From assembly GCA_051362555.1 (NCBI GenBank), contig CM120649.1:12152001-12216000 (forward strand): a stretch of 64,000 bases of DNA. The letters are read 5' to 3'. Below, one piece after another: positions 12,201 to 24,639 of the stretch (positions are counted from its first letter, which is position 1; each line of letters opens with the position of its first letter). Made by a program: the position numbers and the translations under genes. The stretch is from Lingula anatina. Taxonomy: Eukaryota > Animalia > Brachiopoda. The notes below the pieces were generated by a model that saw nothing but the letters and a program-made list of their open reading frames with translations, searched no databases and was not told the origin of the DNA.

Positions 12201-13472
12201 ACAGCCATCAGAATCACCGGCGTTAATGTCACCTTTGGCGTCGATGGCAGCGACCATGCTGGCAGCGTCACCACTCTTGGCGACGCAGTGAAGAACCGTG
12301 ACGTCATCTATGTCGCCAAGCCGTGCTTTGGCGTTGAATTTGCAACTGAATTCCCTCAGAAGTTTCAAGATGTCTGATTTCCCTTGCAGGGCTGCGATGT
12401 GCGCCGGGGTTAGACCGAGGTACGGAGAACCCGCGGCTGTTACACGCCTCTCCATTAGAAAGCGCGCCTCGCGTTCCGTCTCCATCACGTGACTGACCAC
12501 GTGCACTAAGCCCTTTTCACAAGCCCAGTGGAGAAGAGCCCGCCCCTTTGCGTCTTCTTCAAATAAAACACAGGGATGACGTCGAAGTAGAGTCGCGACA
12601 GCTTTCTTGTGCACGACTGTAAGGGCCTCATTTTTTGCGCGGAAGTAGTCATGCTCGATGAGGCACTTAATAACTTCCACTTTTCCCTTGCGCGCAGCGA
12701 TGAAAAGAGGGGAAAGGTTTACGTTCAAATGGTCTAATTTCGCGCCAAGGGAGAGTAGTTTACGCACGCAGTTCACATGCCCCTCTTTAGCTGCTAGGTA
12801 TAAAGCGGAATGCCCCTGGTTTAACTGCACATTTGGGTCAAGCCCTGCTTTAACCAGCGTGTCAACTACGTGACTGTGACCTCCCTTCGCCGCCAAATGG
12901 AGCGCGTTCAAATCTTTGACGTCACGAGAAGATTTCTTCTTAAAGATATCACATCCTGCCTGTATTAGGACTTTAACTACCTGTAAATGGCCTCTTTGAG
13001 CGGCCAGGTGTAATGACGTCAGCCCTGTGACCTCACAACTAGAGACAATGACGTCAGGATCACAGCCGCAAGTGACAAGTGTGCGTACAATATCAGTGAA
13101 CCCTCCTTGGCTAGCTAGGTGCAGTGCTGTGCATCCGTCACTTCTTCTAGCACTGACGTCGCACCCAGCTTCTATTAAGAAGTTCACTACTTTGGGATGG
13201 TTGCATTGTGAAGCGTAGTGTAAAGGGGTGACGTCATGCAGACTGCCAACCGTTCGCTTAGCATTTACATTTGCGCCAGCATCTATCAAATATTGAAGAA
13301 TGTCCAAATTTCCTATCTGTGCTGCTAAGTGAAGAGCGTGGACGTGGCCTTCGTTTGTTGGTATTACGTCATTTACCACAATGACGTCACTCCCGGATGA
13401 CGTCATGTAACGAACAGCGGCCACGTCTTCTTCCAGAATGGCTTGCGTGAGAGATTTCTGAATTCGTGGCAT
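9040..13472 (-). CDS. Ankyrin-repeat (~12-13) + tandem death-domain protein, ~816 aa, 5 coding exons
   Basis: Phase-consistent GT-AG exons: 13472-12015, 11741-11096, 10776-10717, 9571-9449, 9203-9040. ANK motifs TPLH/TALHLA..G...V..L...GAD.N. Degenerate DD1 (ICSILKEHIPSRDLPNLAVRL...AEKMLAYWLRRD..PTVQRLCEALIRIGRVDLL). Canonical DD2 (LSHEIGQEWKTLGIYLGLSNAEIDHI...QIFNMLLRWRNR...LCEALVKVNRKDLADAL). Confidence 0.88.
9807..10467. mobile_element. Non-autonomous DNA transposon, 77-bp perfect TIRs, 8-bp TSD, with a RecQ-like helicase remnant (Academ/AcademH-like)
   Basis: TIR CACCCTGAGCTTCAGAGATAACTTGCC... at 9807-9883 and 10391-10467. TSD GCCTTGAA at 9799-9806 and 10468-10475. Internal + strand peptide ELKPAQFEALHHYLLRDDVFCVLSTGYGKSLIF. 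Confidence 0.85.
10079..10300 (+). pseudogene. Truncated RecQ-family (SF2) helicase N-terminal fragment (motif 0/Q + Walker A)
   Basis: LKP.Q.EA......DVF.VL.TGYGKSLI matches RecQ motifs 0 and I. In-frame stop at 10109-10111, and the peptide is truncated after motif I. Confidence 0.75.
12015..13472 (-). CDS. Ankyrin-repeat array exon of the ANK-DD-DD gene
   Basis: 486 codons. Acceptor attgcag at 13481-13480, donor GCG|gtaaac at 12014. Twelve recognisable LH..A..G repeats plus an N-cap. Confidence 0.92.
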
Positions 13473-13899
13473 AATGTGCCTGCAATATTGAATAGAATTT
13501 CATAAATTCATTTAATTCTAACTTATTAGATACCTTATACAAAAGAAGTGAGTTGGCGAAAATGCTACAAATACATGATTGGCAATGGTTTCCATAAAGC
13601 AAATCTTTTAGTATGAGCGTTAAAAAGGTACAAGAGATATTCGCATAACTTCTCAAAAATGAAATGAAAGCTGCCAATCGTGATAAATGATGGTAGAGAC
13701 CTTTAAGTTGAGCCAAGATTATGCCATGCAAGACTTTAAATCGGAATTACTTGATTAATGCAGACATATTTGCGGTAAACTGATGTCAACGCTCACAAAG
13801 AATGATTTATCATAAAATATTTGAAGATCAGAAGAAATTGGTCAACAGGAAAGACATGCGGATTAAGTTACTGACTGCAGGTGTGCAGCTAGCAATTAC

Positions 13900-14277
13900 A
13901 GAGTAGGGATTTCACAATTCTCATAGAACCCAGATCAACCTAAAGTGCGGTTCTTTCGAACCCTCCAAACCACTACCTGCTGCATTGGCGGGACCAGGGG
14001 AAAGAGACAATGTGGGCAATTCACTGTAATAGTAATATATTATGTACAGAGATGGAAATGTTGTTTTGATTTAGCCTCATTTCTCCTGTTATACAGAGTA
14101 TACAGCTGGGGTGAGCGGCTTTGAACCAATGGTCCAGTTAACTCCTCCCCCCAAGATCCGATATTGCAAGCACACGCCCGCACCCGCACACACCCAAACG
14201 CATGCCCTATTCGCCTACACAACCACATCAGTCATCAGCCACCACTATTTTCCACCCTTCCACGAGAAAAACACACA

Positions 14278-14317
<40 letters not shown>

Positions 14318-14857
14318 GACATCTGTGCATATTTTATCGTAAACTTCTAAGCTTTATACATGTACTTTAAAATACTTAAAAGTACTTAGTACATTGCTTG
14401 TATTATTCATTGTCTCTCCCACAGGTATGTACCGGTAGTTAATCCGTTCCCCCATACTACGATGTTGTTCCTGTACGCACACTGCATAAAGATGATCAGA
14501 ATTTAAGCCACGGAATTTGGAGGCCTTTCTATAATGGTTTTAATGATCGCATTATTCCCCTCTAAATTATCTATTCATCGTTGTTGCCCGTATCTTAACG
14601 AGAAAAGTATTTCTGAAAGAATGTTCATCTTATTCACCAAGTCGTTAAAAGGGTATTTTTAGACGCTTATTTAATATTCTAAATATGTAACTACACATCT
14701 TGTCTTTGACGTTCCGTGAAGGAATAAAATATCGAACTAAATGTTGTTATAAACCCATTTTTCATCAACTGTACTTTATTCGTTGAAAAGATTTTTTATC
14801 TCTCTCATTCTCCTCTCTCTCCATCCATATACCCACCAATCCATCCATCCATCCACC

Positions 14858-14936
<79 letters not shown>

Positions 14937-15087
14937 TTCCATCCATCCTTTCTTTACCTCTTTATCTCCATTCATTAATCCATTCATCCATCCATGACCC
15001 CCTCTCTCTCTCATTACCCTCCATACCCTGCTCTCGCTCTCACTCCACAACAACGTAATGACAAGAATGTTTACAATCCCCCTCACA

Positions 15088-15124
<37 letters not shown>

Positions 15125-15508
15125 TACCATCATCATTATGGCTCATTGGCCTAATGGCACTGAAGACCCGATAAATCATATCGTATCAATGCCACCAGCT
15201 TCCGCGATTTACGCTGGGGAATTCCCTACCGGAAACGGGAGTGTTCTCTGACAGACAGATAAAAGATTACTCACGCCACTTAACTGCGATACACTGTAAC
15301 AAGTTATTGGTTTCACTCAGTGATTAGGTACTGTCAGCGTATTTGTTCATCCAACAAAATGAAATTGTATTATGGTGTCTGAATACGCCTATGGCATGAA
15401 CTTATTTTCTAATAAACGATGCGTCTTTTTTATATACACGTTTTCGGAATATGCACATTTTGGATGTATTTTTGTTTTACCGCCATACTTAATCAACTCT
15501 TTTTCTTC

Positions 15509-15547
<39 letters not shown>

Positions 15548-16810
15548 AGATGAAGTGAAACAAATCATCAATCAACACTACAATTAAAAGCCACAAAAGT
15601 ACTTCAGTTGAAAACTCTTTCCACATCCTCCCCATTGCAACGCAAGTGTTTGAAACACCAGACAATTAAAAGTCAACATGGCAAAACCGCAGCATCCTGT
15701 CGCTTAAAAAACAAGAGCTATAAAACGCATAAGACAAATATCTTACGCAAAGGAATCCCCACCGGAAAAAAAGGAGCGGCTCAATCTTGAAGATTAGGTG
15801 ACCCTTTTATTCACACACATATCAGTGCTTGCGTGTTGTGTACACTGCATAGATTTATTCGCCTACCTTTAAACGCACCGAAGCATTAAATGGGCTCTCT
15901 GTAGTCTTCATCGTTTTGCTTTGTTACTAAGAAGAGAGCTACAACTTAAACATGTATATAGTTGATGACGTAATTTCTTTATTTTGTTTTCCTCCTTTTT
16001 TAAATGCGTAATTAATTAATCGATTAATCCACACAGCAAGTGTGAATAAATCATTTTATTCATCTGATAAATACAAATTGAACTAATCATAACCAGTAAG
16101 GTGGTGAGGAGATCAAAATTAAGAAGGATTAGGATCACGGCACTAAAAAATTGTTGAGAAGAAAATGCATCACCAGGGAGCCAAACCCAAAATAAATAGA
16201 TTAACGATGACTCTTGAAATGACAGTGCTTCCGTTTTACTGTTATCTGTGAAGTGTGTACTGAATGTATTACTAGCGCTATATCAGAGATGTAATACGTC
16301 TAAGCTATCACTGATAAAACGTAATACGTGTTTACATATAAATCAGTGAATGTTGGTCTTCGCGGTGGCTTATCCCTCTTCTCTCATTCTTTCTTTCTTT
16401 CTTTCTTCCTTCCTTCCTTTCTTTCTTTCTTTTTTCTTTCTTTTTTCTTTCTTTCTCTCTTTCTGTACGTATGAATGTATATATATGCATGTCTCTCTGT
16501 GTATTCGTTCGTCTATCCCCAAGTCACTCTTTTTTTCTTTTTCTATTTTTTTGTCTGTATCAAACATTCTTGGTTTAATTAATGTTCATATTTTGACAGA
16601 CAGCAGGTGCCACAGCATTCACATGGGCTTTATGTAGTCGGAGTCTTGACAAACGCCCTACATTTCAATCAATTTCCCCAACTACTGTTTGACATGCTTA
16701 ATTTGTTTTCAGTAAAGAGGCAACGTACGTCAACTCGACACCCTACCACTGGAATTGTTATTAGCAATCTCTCTCTCTCTCCCCTTCTCTCTCTCTCTCT
16801 CTCTCTGTCT

Positions 16811-16889
<79 letters not shown>

Positions 16890-18300
16890 CAATTTATACA
16901 ATGTAGAAATTTGCCTTTACACATTTTTTTAAAATTTTTTTGCCTAGCTTGTCGACATTTTTCTCATCTTCTCGATCTTTGTCTAAATGTATGCGGTTGT
17001 AAGGACTCCAGCATTGGCGGGACTTCTCAAGTCATGTCAAGTAACCTACCTCACCATTAATACCAGAACAATGTTATACTGGTGCTCTGAATCTCTGGCT
17101 GAGTTTTCATTTCAAATATCGTTTTCTAAACTTTTGACATAAACCAGGATCCAGCTCTAGCTAGGACACAGGTCAACTTGTTGCGAGTTAATGAGATTAA
17201 CTTAACTGTGGCATGAGAGGTTAAAGAAGTTGGAGGTGAAGCTACACGCCCCCCCCCCCACCCACCCACCCCAAACGCCATCAGTTTTAAAATATATTTT
17301 AGGCCGACATCACTGCCCCACCTTCGCCCCCCCCCCCCCCCCAAGGCCAACCCACCCAAACCTAGAAACCAGCAATATTAAGCTAAGAGACAAATGACAT
17401 AAAAGAAAATCAAAGTGACAATGGTTTATATATCTTACAATACACGTTAACTGTACATGTACTTACCCTGCGGTTCGATTAACGTAGAAAGTTCCAAAGA
17501 AATGCACGTGCTTTGACGTGACCCCAATACTTCAAATTGCCGAAACACGAAGCAACTGGCTTTTCTGTGATTGTTAATATGCCGCTTTGCCCTTCTCAAT
17601 CACGTCCTTGTAACGCAAATCAAATAGACCCTTACTGTAGCTTAACACGACACGGCAATCATAAGAGGCCTTCTAGTTAATGGAGTTGTCAGTTGAAATC
17701 TCCCGTTCATCTACGCAACAGCGGGTATCAAAAACTTTGTGTCTCTTCTTGTTACTCAATAAGATCTATTCAAACGGCTAGTTTCCTTTCTTTACTTTCA
17801 GCAGTTATAGGCCTATATGGCTGATATTATGCCCGTCTCAAATTTTGTTGTAGTGTCCACTGACGACAGCGGAGACAGCTCTATTAGATGCCCGGATCAG
17901 TGAAAACCTTATCTCCTTTTCTCATATGTATGTCTCCTCGCTAGCGGTAAAAGACCCACTTGTTCCCTATCCAACCCTATCAACTCGTCTGACCTTAAAT
18001 CTCAGATTTCGTTTGGGGAAACTGTGAATGAAATCACGTGACTCGAACTGCTCATTCATCAGATGCGCTCTGGACTGGAACGCTGCGCAGTTATCGTCTG
18101 CTTGAACAGGTGTGCGTACTGAAAGAAAGGAAGCAAACGCGCGTACATGCTCGCCAGCATTCACACTTAAAAAAAAACACGTGCACGAATGCTGGCTGAG
18201 GCACGAGCATTCAAAAATAAGCTAACATTAGGTCAATCCCTTGAGTGAAAATTGGCTGCATTTTTGTGAATGGGTGGGCCTGTCTTGAAGGGGATTCCCC
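13900..18300 (-). promoter_or_regulatory. NF-kB (kB) site cluster in the 5' region of the ANK-DD gene
   Basis: GGGGATTCCCC 18290-18300 (perfect), GGGGAATTCCC 15216-15226, near-matches at 15751-15760 (rc GGGGATTCCT) and 13906-13915 (GGGATTTCAC). A strong donor CAGG|GTAAGT at ~17466 suggests a 5'UTR exon. Confidence 0.5.
14270..16890. repeat. Dense microsatellite cluster: (CA)n, (CT)n, (TA)n, (CTTT)n
   Basis: Runs at ~14270-14314, 14860-14934, 15090-15122, 15514-15543, 16385-16460 and 16768-16886. Others elsewhere: 9207-9257 (AAAT)n, 24586-24636 (TA)n, 26823-26874 (ACATA)n, 40717-40758 (TG)n. Confidence 0.95.
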
Positions 18301-18477
18301 CGGGCTTTATTTAAATCCTAAACATAACCGAAAATGTATATGGTCTTTTTGTAACTTCTGAAACTTTTTGACATGACACAATGTATAAAAATGTGTTTGT
18401 TTTTGTTGTGGAGCGTGACCCACACTTCCCTTGCAAAATACGTACCTTATTACGAGTCTCTAACAAATATGTGGGTA

Positions 18478-19769
18478 GGGGAGACCGGGGCTAGTTGGCC
18501 CAGTTAGACACTTTCGGCCTTGTAGAGCCAACTAGGAGTGGGTTAGAGTAACAAAACCGGTTTCAAAGTAAGCCCCATGAACTAAGCTACGTATGCAATG
18601 CCATTATTTTTCAAATATAATGCCAGGTGGCTCACAATTCGACAAAAAACGCAGTTGACGTTAGGGGAGCCAACTTGCCCCGCCATGGGGCAAGTTGGCC
18701 CCAGGGTCGGGGCAAGTTGGCCCCCCTATACGAAAATGAAGTATATATCCCATGTAAACGCCTTGAAATACATTTTTATAAAATTTTTATTTATTTAATT
18801 GATTATTTAGAGTCTTTGATGAATAAACAGTTCAAATGAGGCAGATTTATTGAGGTTTCCGTACGTCACGTTGTTGGGGGGGGGGGGGGTATGTGTTGCA
18901 AGAACCAAAATATCTATCAATAAAATGTGTTTTGTTTTAATTAAGAATAAATAAATAATGGTATAAAGAAGGTTTTTAATGAATGAAAACGAATAATAAA
19001 TTTTCTTTTTAAAAGAAAGTAACATATTCAGTTTTAAACCATTGAGTTTGTTTCAACAATGGTCTCTAGCTAGGGAGAGGTGGAAAAATCCCCTTAAGGG
19101 CCACATATAACACTATAAATACAAAGGGAATCCCCTAAAAATGAATTAAGGCAAAATAAATATTTTTCTACGGAAAGTCCAATGGATTTGCTTTTTAATA
19201 CTTACAATCAACAGAATATTTCTAATATAAATTCTCAAAAAGACACCAGAGAGAAAATTTAAAAAATCAATCAGACGGTAATAGACACCGGCAAGCTTTG
19301 TAAATTTCACCAACTTGTTTATTTCAAACAGCGTTGTGCGCAAAGGTTTGTGGGTAATATGAGGGTCCAACTTGCCCGGAGTCAAGGGGGCCAACTAGCC
19401 CCGGGTGCACATTATTTATTTTAAAGAATGGTAGCCATTTATGGTGCTAGAATGTGCAACGATGATACATCTCTGTGAAACTTGAAACAATGAGCTTCAA
19501 TTTGATGCCCTATACATATCTTATATTCGATCAAAAGCCTATAATAATAGATTTTTAAATCTCTTAAACAAAATTACTTTTAGGTGCAAAAATCGTTTAT
19601 TTCGACTCACCGCTTAAGTAAAACTTTTTAACGTCCGACACTTCCTTAGCATTGTAGGCTACGGTCACTTTGCAAGAGTATGTGGCCAATTTTTTTACCT
19701 CATAATTACTTTTTCATAAATTGACGGGGGGCCAACTTACCCCGGGGTCCAACTAGCCCCGGTCTCCCC
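18478..19769. mobile_element. Non-autonomous Tc1/mariner-superfamily (pogo-like) MITE, TA TSD
   Basis: TIR GGGGAGACCGGGGCTAGTTGG ... CCAACTAGCCCCGGTCTCCCC flanked by TA (18476-77, 19770-71). Internal ggggccaacttgcccc sub-repeats at ~18665-18725, ~19363-19405 and ~19726-19760. No transposase ORF. Confidence 0.85.
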
Positions 19770-20798
19770 TACCAAGTTTCTCGTGGTAAATTGCGTGGTG
19801 TCGGATGGAAATTTAAAGCATCTCAGCCGAATTCTCGTTTAGTGTGCCGTGACAGTGTGCGTGATTTTAGTATATTTACTGAATTTTTGTCAAGTTTTTC
19901 ATGTTTAATTTGATAGAAAAAAAAATAATTCTGTTTCTAACCTTTATGTTTGGCTTAATGTAACTCTATAAAAGTGCATTTTGATACCCGAATCTGCGTG
20001 TCACAGTTCCCCAGTTCAAGGTCAAAATGTTGCTGTCATAGAAAAATTACGGAACTTAGTAGTTTTGCTTCAAAACTGAGGTTAGTCACTAATTTTTTGA
20101 ATGTATAAATGTAATTTTAAGTTCGGAAAACGACCAAGATGTGTGCTTTTTCGGGACACCTCAGGGGTGCAATTTTGCAATGTTTTTTCACAACTTTTCA
20201 GATATTTCGTACATTCCTTATTTATCAATAAAATTCACGTTAAAATATAGGATATAACATAAAAACACTATGATATTAATATAGCACACTGTTTGTTCTT
20301 TCTTATGTGCTAATTTATTAACGGCCAATAATCTGATTGTCTTTCGAAACAAAATCATAACACATCATAAAATCTTTTTAAAAATTAAAAAATACTTTAT
20401 CAAAAACTTAAATATTTATGAAAAAAATCAGTTTCATCTAAAAAGTCATTCATTGTTAAAAGTACCAACTGGAATTTTTCTTTAAAAATATAAAGTTTAT
20501 AGGTAAAAATAGCCTCTAAAAAATTCGACGTCGGCGATAATTATCTCATGCACGTCACGTATAATATGAAAATCAATTTTTCTAATCTCAAAAATACTTG
20601 ATCTTGGGTTGTTGTAAGTGACATACAAGTGGGTCAAATGTTATGGAAGAAAGGGATTAACAAGACGTAAGTCAGTTTTGGTGAAACTCCATTTAGAACT
20701 GTAAAATAGGGGCAATACATATATGGCAATATATAAGGCTGATTCGCAAACATATTTCATGCACGGATGTTTTTTTCAATTAATATTTGATTGATCAT

Positions 20799-23700
20799 TT
20801 ATATAATCTTGGCCAAAACAAGCAGAGCAGTCATTACTGCTGCTCCCGTTGTTGTGTGGCTCCCTCTACTTATTGGACCGCGCGTGCTTCTTGGATTGGC
20901 GGTGCTTGGTTGCGGCATTTGCGAGAGTGACGGAATGTTGGCGTAAATGCCGTCAGGATAACGCGAGGTCATGACCTTCACCTTGACCTCTCCCCGTTGC
21001 AATGCCGCTATGTTGTCGTCATCCAGAGCCACCCCCATGGTATGATCCTAGAATTTGTTATAAAATATAAGGAGGAGATAAAACACACGATTCCACGATC
21101 GGACAGTGAAGAATCGTCCATTTCTAAATCCTAGGACGATAGAGTTGTGCTAAGCAGAATTTTCGTCAACATACCTTTAACATAAAACCCTTGTCTTGAA
21201 GAAGTGATGGCGCAAACAGTTCTCCGCCCGCAGAATACAGCTGACTGCTACCAGAGGTTACTTGTACACCGGTCACATTTTCGTCTTGGCGTGCGTCAAA
21301 TAAAAGGACACTAAAATGAAGAAAAAAGGCTAAAAAGACGTTTATTTAACACATTTTTTTTGAAAACAAGCACATGATGAATTTGACACCTGTCCAGAGA
21401 GAAACAATTTTATTTATGTTTCATAGGCCTATATATTGTTGCAGGCATCATTATACATTATATATTATATACACTATTGAATAGAACTATCATTTGTTCT
21501 TTCATTCATAATGCACACCCCATTATGCCTACTTACTAGGTTCCCACCGAGAAGTGATTTAAAGCTCGTCGTAAAACCATTGAGGTGAGTTATGTTACCA
21601 AGAGTTATGATAAAGTGACGCTGTCTAGTTGCGTTGTCATATATCAGGCGTCATCTCATCAAAAATGTAATTTCCTTTTCCTACCTCATATTAAGAGTCT
21701 TTGCAAGCGCGTCGTAATGAACAGCAGCCAAGCCATTCGTGTCCAGGACCTTTTTCAACCTGTCCGACGCCTGGCCGTCTACGGTCACTTCACTGACCTG
21801 ACCTAAAAAGAGATAAAGGCAAACTGTTTTGTAAAAATATTGTAACTAAGGTGCCCAGAAACCCGACCTGGCAATGAAAAATAGTTTACCAGTTGTTAAT
21901 TAATAATTAACATTCTTAAACCAGTGCCTTAATCGCTTTTCTCCACTGAATTGACAACTTTTTCAACCACGTGAAATAAATTACTTCAAGGAGCATGTGC
22001 ATGCTCCCAAAATGATATTGGCAAATATTAGTCAACTTACAAAGAACTGTTTTGCTGGCCGTGCAGGCGGCTTTACTTGGAGCTGATACCTGAAAAAATC
22101 GGGAGATAAGACAATAGAATTTTTTTAAGTAAACGATGTTTTTGAAAGTACATACTTAGTTAATTTCTAATAATTCAAAACAATGACCGAATCAATTGCA
22201 ATGTAAATGTAACTGTTGTGAACTAGGCGCTCTGAAGACCTACCAGTAAAGATATCCACATATGCCATCTGTTTTGTTATTATGATTTTTAAGCATACAA
22301 ACGTATATACACATCATAGTTTTAAGCACTTTATAAAATTTATATAATCCCCATACAGTTTTTGTATAGCAGCGAACAAAGGTATGCCCTTTATCAGATG
22401 ATCTTACACAGAAATTTAATTTAAAAAAAATTAAAATCAAGAACAATGATATTATTTTTATTTCTTTCTCGCCGTACCTGGCCACGTGCTCTCCACGTGT
22501 TTCCAGTGCTGACCTCCACGTACATCATTTCCTTCCACATGTACAGCAACACGGCGGACATACTGAGAGGAGCCTGAAACACGTGACGTCATGACGTGGT
22601 CATCACGCGGAGAATGTATGCAAGGACATAGCCGCCAGATGGCACTGGAGGCACTTGCCGTCATCCCACCCCCTTTTCCTACCTGTTTGTTTGCACGTTA
22701 CCTGCACCCGTCTATCCCTTTTATCAAATATCCCACTCCCAGTGTACCCACACCTACACCCCACAGCCGTATAACCCAAGGACTGGTTAATTTTGTGACA
22801 TGGTGACCACTGAAATACGGCCATAGGACCATGAAAATTAAATAGGCTGAAAAAGATCATATCACGCAAACCTACAGATGAAGAACTCACAAAACATTTT
22901 GAAGGATGAAAATAACAAAACTTACCTCAGGTACCAGGGTGCCCTTTCCATGCCAGCCTTGGGTGCCTATCCTGCTGCCACCTATCGTCAGATCTACACT
23001 AGACGTGCTAGTCATGCCGCGTCTCGCGGGACCATACAGGCCAGCACTTGGTTTAGAAGACGGACCCATTACCTAAACGGAAAGCAAGCGAAATCTATCA
23101 ATAGTAATCTATTGTTCCACAAGAACCCCCAGTATATCCAACACAGTTAAAGAAAAAGTGTGTTTACAATAAAGGTTGTAATTGATGGCACATTGCTTTA
23201 ACTTGATCATTAATATGTACCAACCTACAGTATCTGTGTTATAAAAAAGGAACATAAATAATAAAACAACAACAATAACAACCCAGTACATTTTCCAGTG
23301 GGCCTCTAAGAATCTACACCGTTTTCCTATTTCATCCTTGCGACTTCTCCGTACCATTCACTTCCTGGATCCTGGATCCGCTAATATATCCACTATGCAA
23401 AACGCGTCTTTACGAACATGACATCCATTAAAGGCGCCTTGTTACTCACCACTATCTCGTACTGAATGTCACTGGAACCGGGCACAAAAATGGCCTCCCC
23501 TACCGTTCCCGATGGCGTCATTAGGGAAGCCTGAATTATAGACCAATAAAGCAACTCTCAGCGTTATCAATTACAGTAGGCATGACTATGTATACACGAA
23601 AAACAAGTACCCCGACACAACTGATCTTAGGGAAGATTGATTTGCAAATGCGATTTGCACAATGTTTGGTTTAATGTTTCTTTTTGAAATCTCTATTTAC

Positions 23701-24584
23701 TTTATAAAAAGTCTATAGATGACGAGGTTAAGGGAATATATTATTATGCAAACTTCTTTGTTTGAAAAAGAGATGCTACCATGATTATGTAACTTTGTAT
23801 TTTTACAAATGTGACTTGACAAAGGGATTGACAGTCGTATTCTGCGACGCCTTTAAGTATTTACCTGTGTTACACCATCAATGACATCGCCCTGCAGGAT
23901 TTCGTTGCCAAATGTTACAGACATGGATGTAAAAAATTTACCTACAAGTTGAAGAAATATTATTTTTCATTTACTTTTGTAAAAATATACCAATACTCAC
24001 ATTCAAAATAAAGTAGTACAACAATCGTATTTCAAGTAAAATTGTATATACATTTCTTTTCATTTAGTCATTTTGCTTGTGTCCTGTAGTATTTTAAATA
24101 AAATACTGTATTTGAGTTCATACCACTTTAAAAGGATCCGTTTTCAAAAGACAAACTGAATTTTCGCTCAATTGTTTTCGCAAATGTCTGCACTGATTAA
24201 AGCCATACTACCTGAGTCAATGAATGCTGCTGCCTGTGCGACATCTATAATTCCTTGCAATACGCCGTTCTTCATCATAGATATTGGAATATTGACCGTA
24301 TTGGCACCTGCAGGCCAGGAAGAATATGGAAAAGACAGAAGTCACAACTCGAATGCTTATTGTCAAAGACACACAAACACTCACGAAAGAACACGCCTAG
24401 GCACACACACACACACACACACACACAAAACAAACACACACTGGCTCACACGTACCCGGTAGACGCGTGCACACACGCCCCTTACAAAAATGCTTTTCGA
24501 AACGCATACATCTATATCGGTTATCCGAGAAAGGCAGTTTAATTCATCGTTATACGATGTACAGGTATATATTATATACACACA

Positions 24585-24639
<55 letters not shown>

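Noticed and set aside
14040-17060. ORFs with HTHTHT, SLSLSL, YIYIYI and ERERER runs
   Set aside because: Microsatellite translations.
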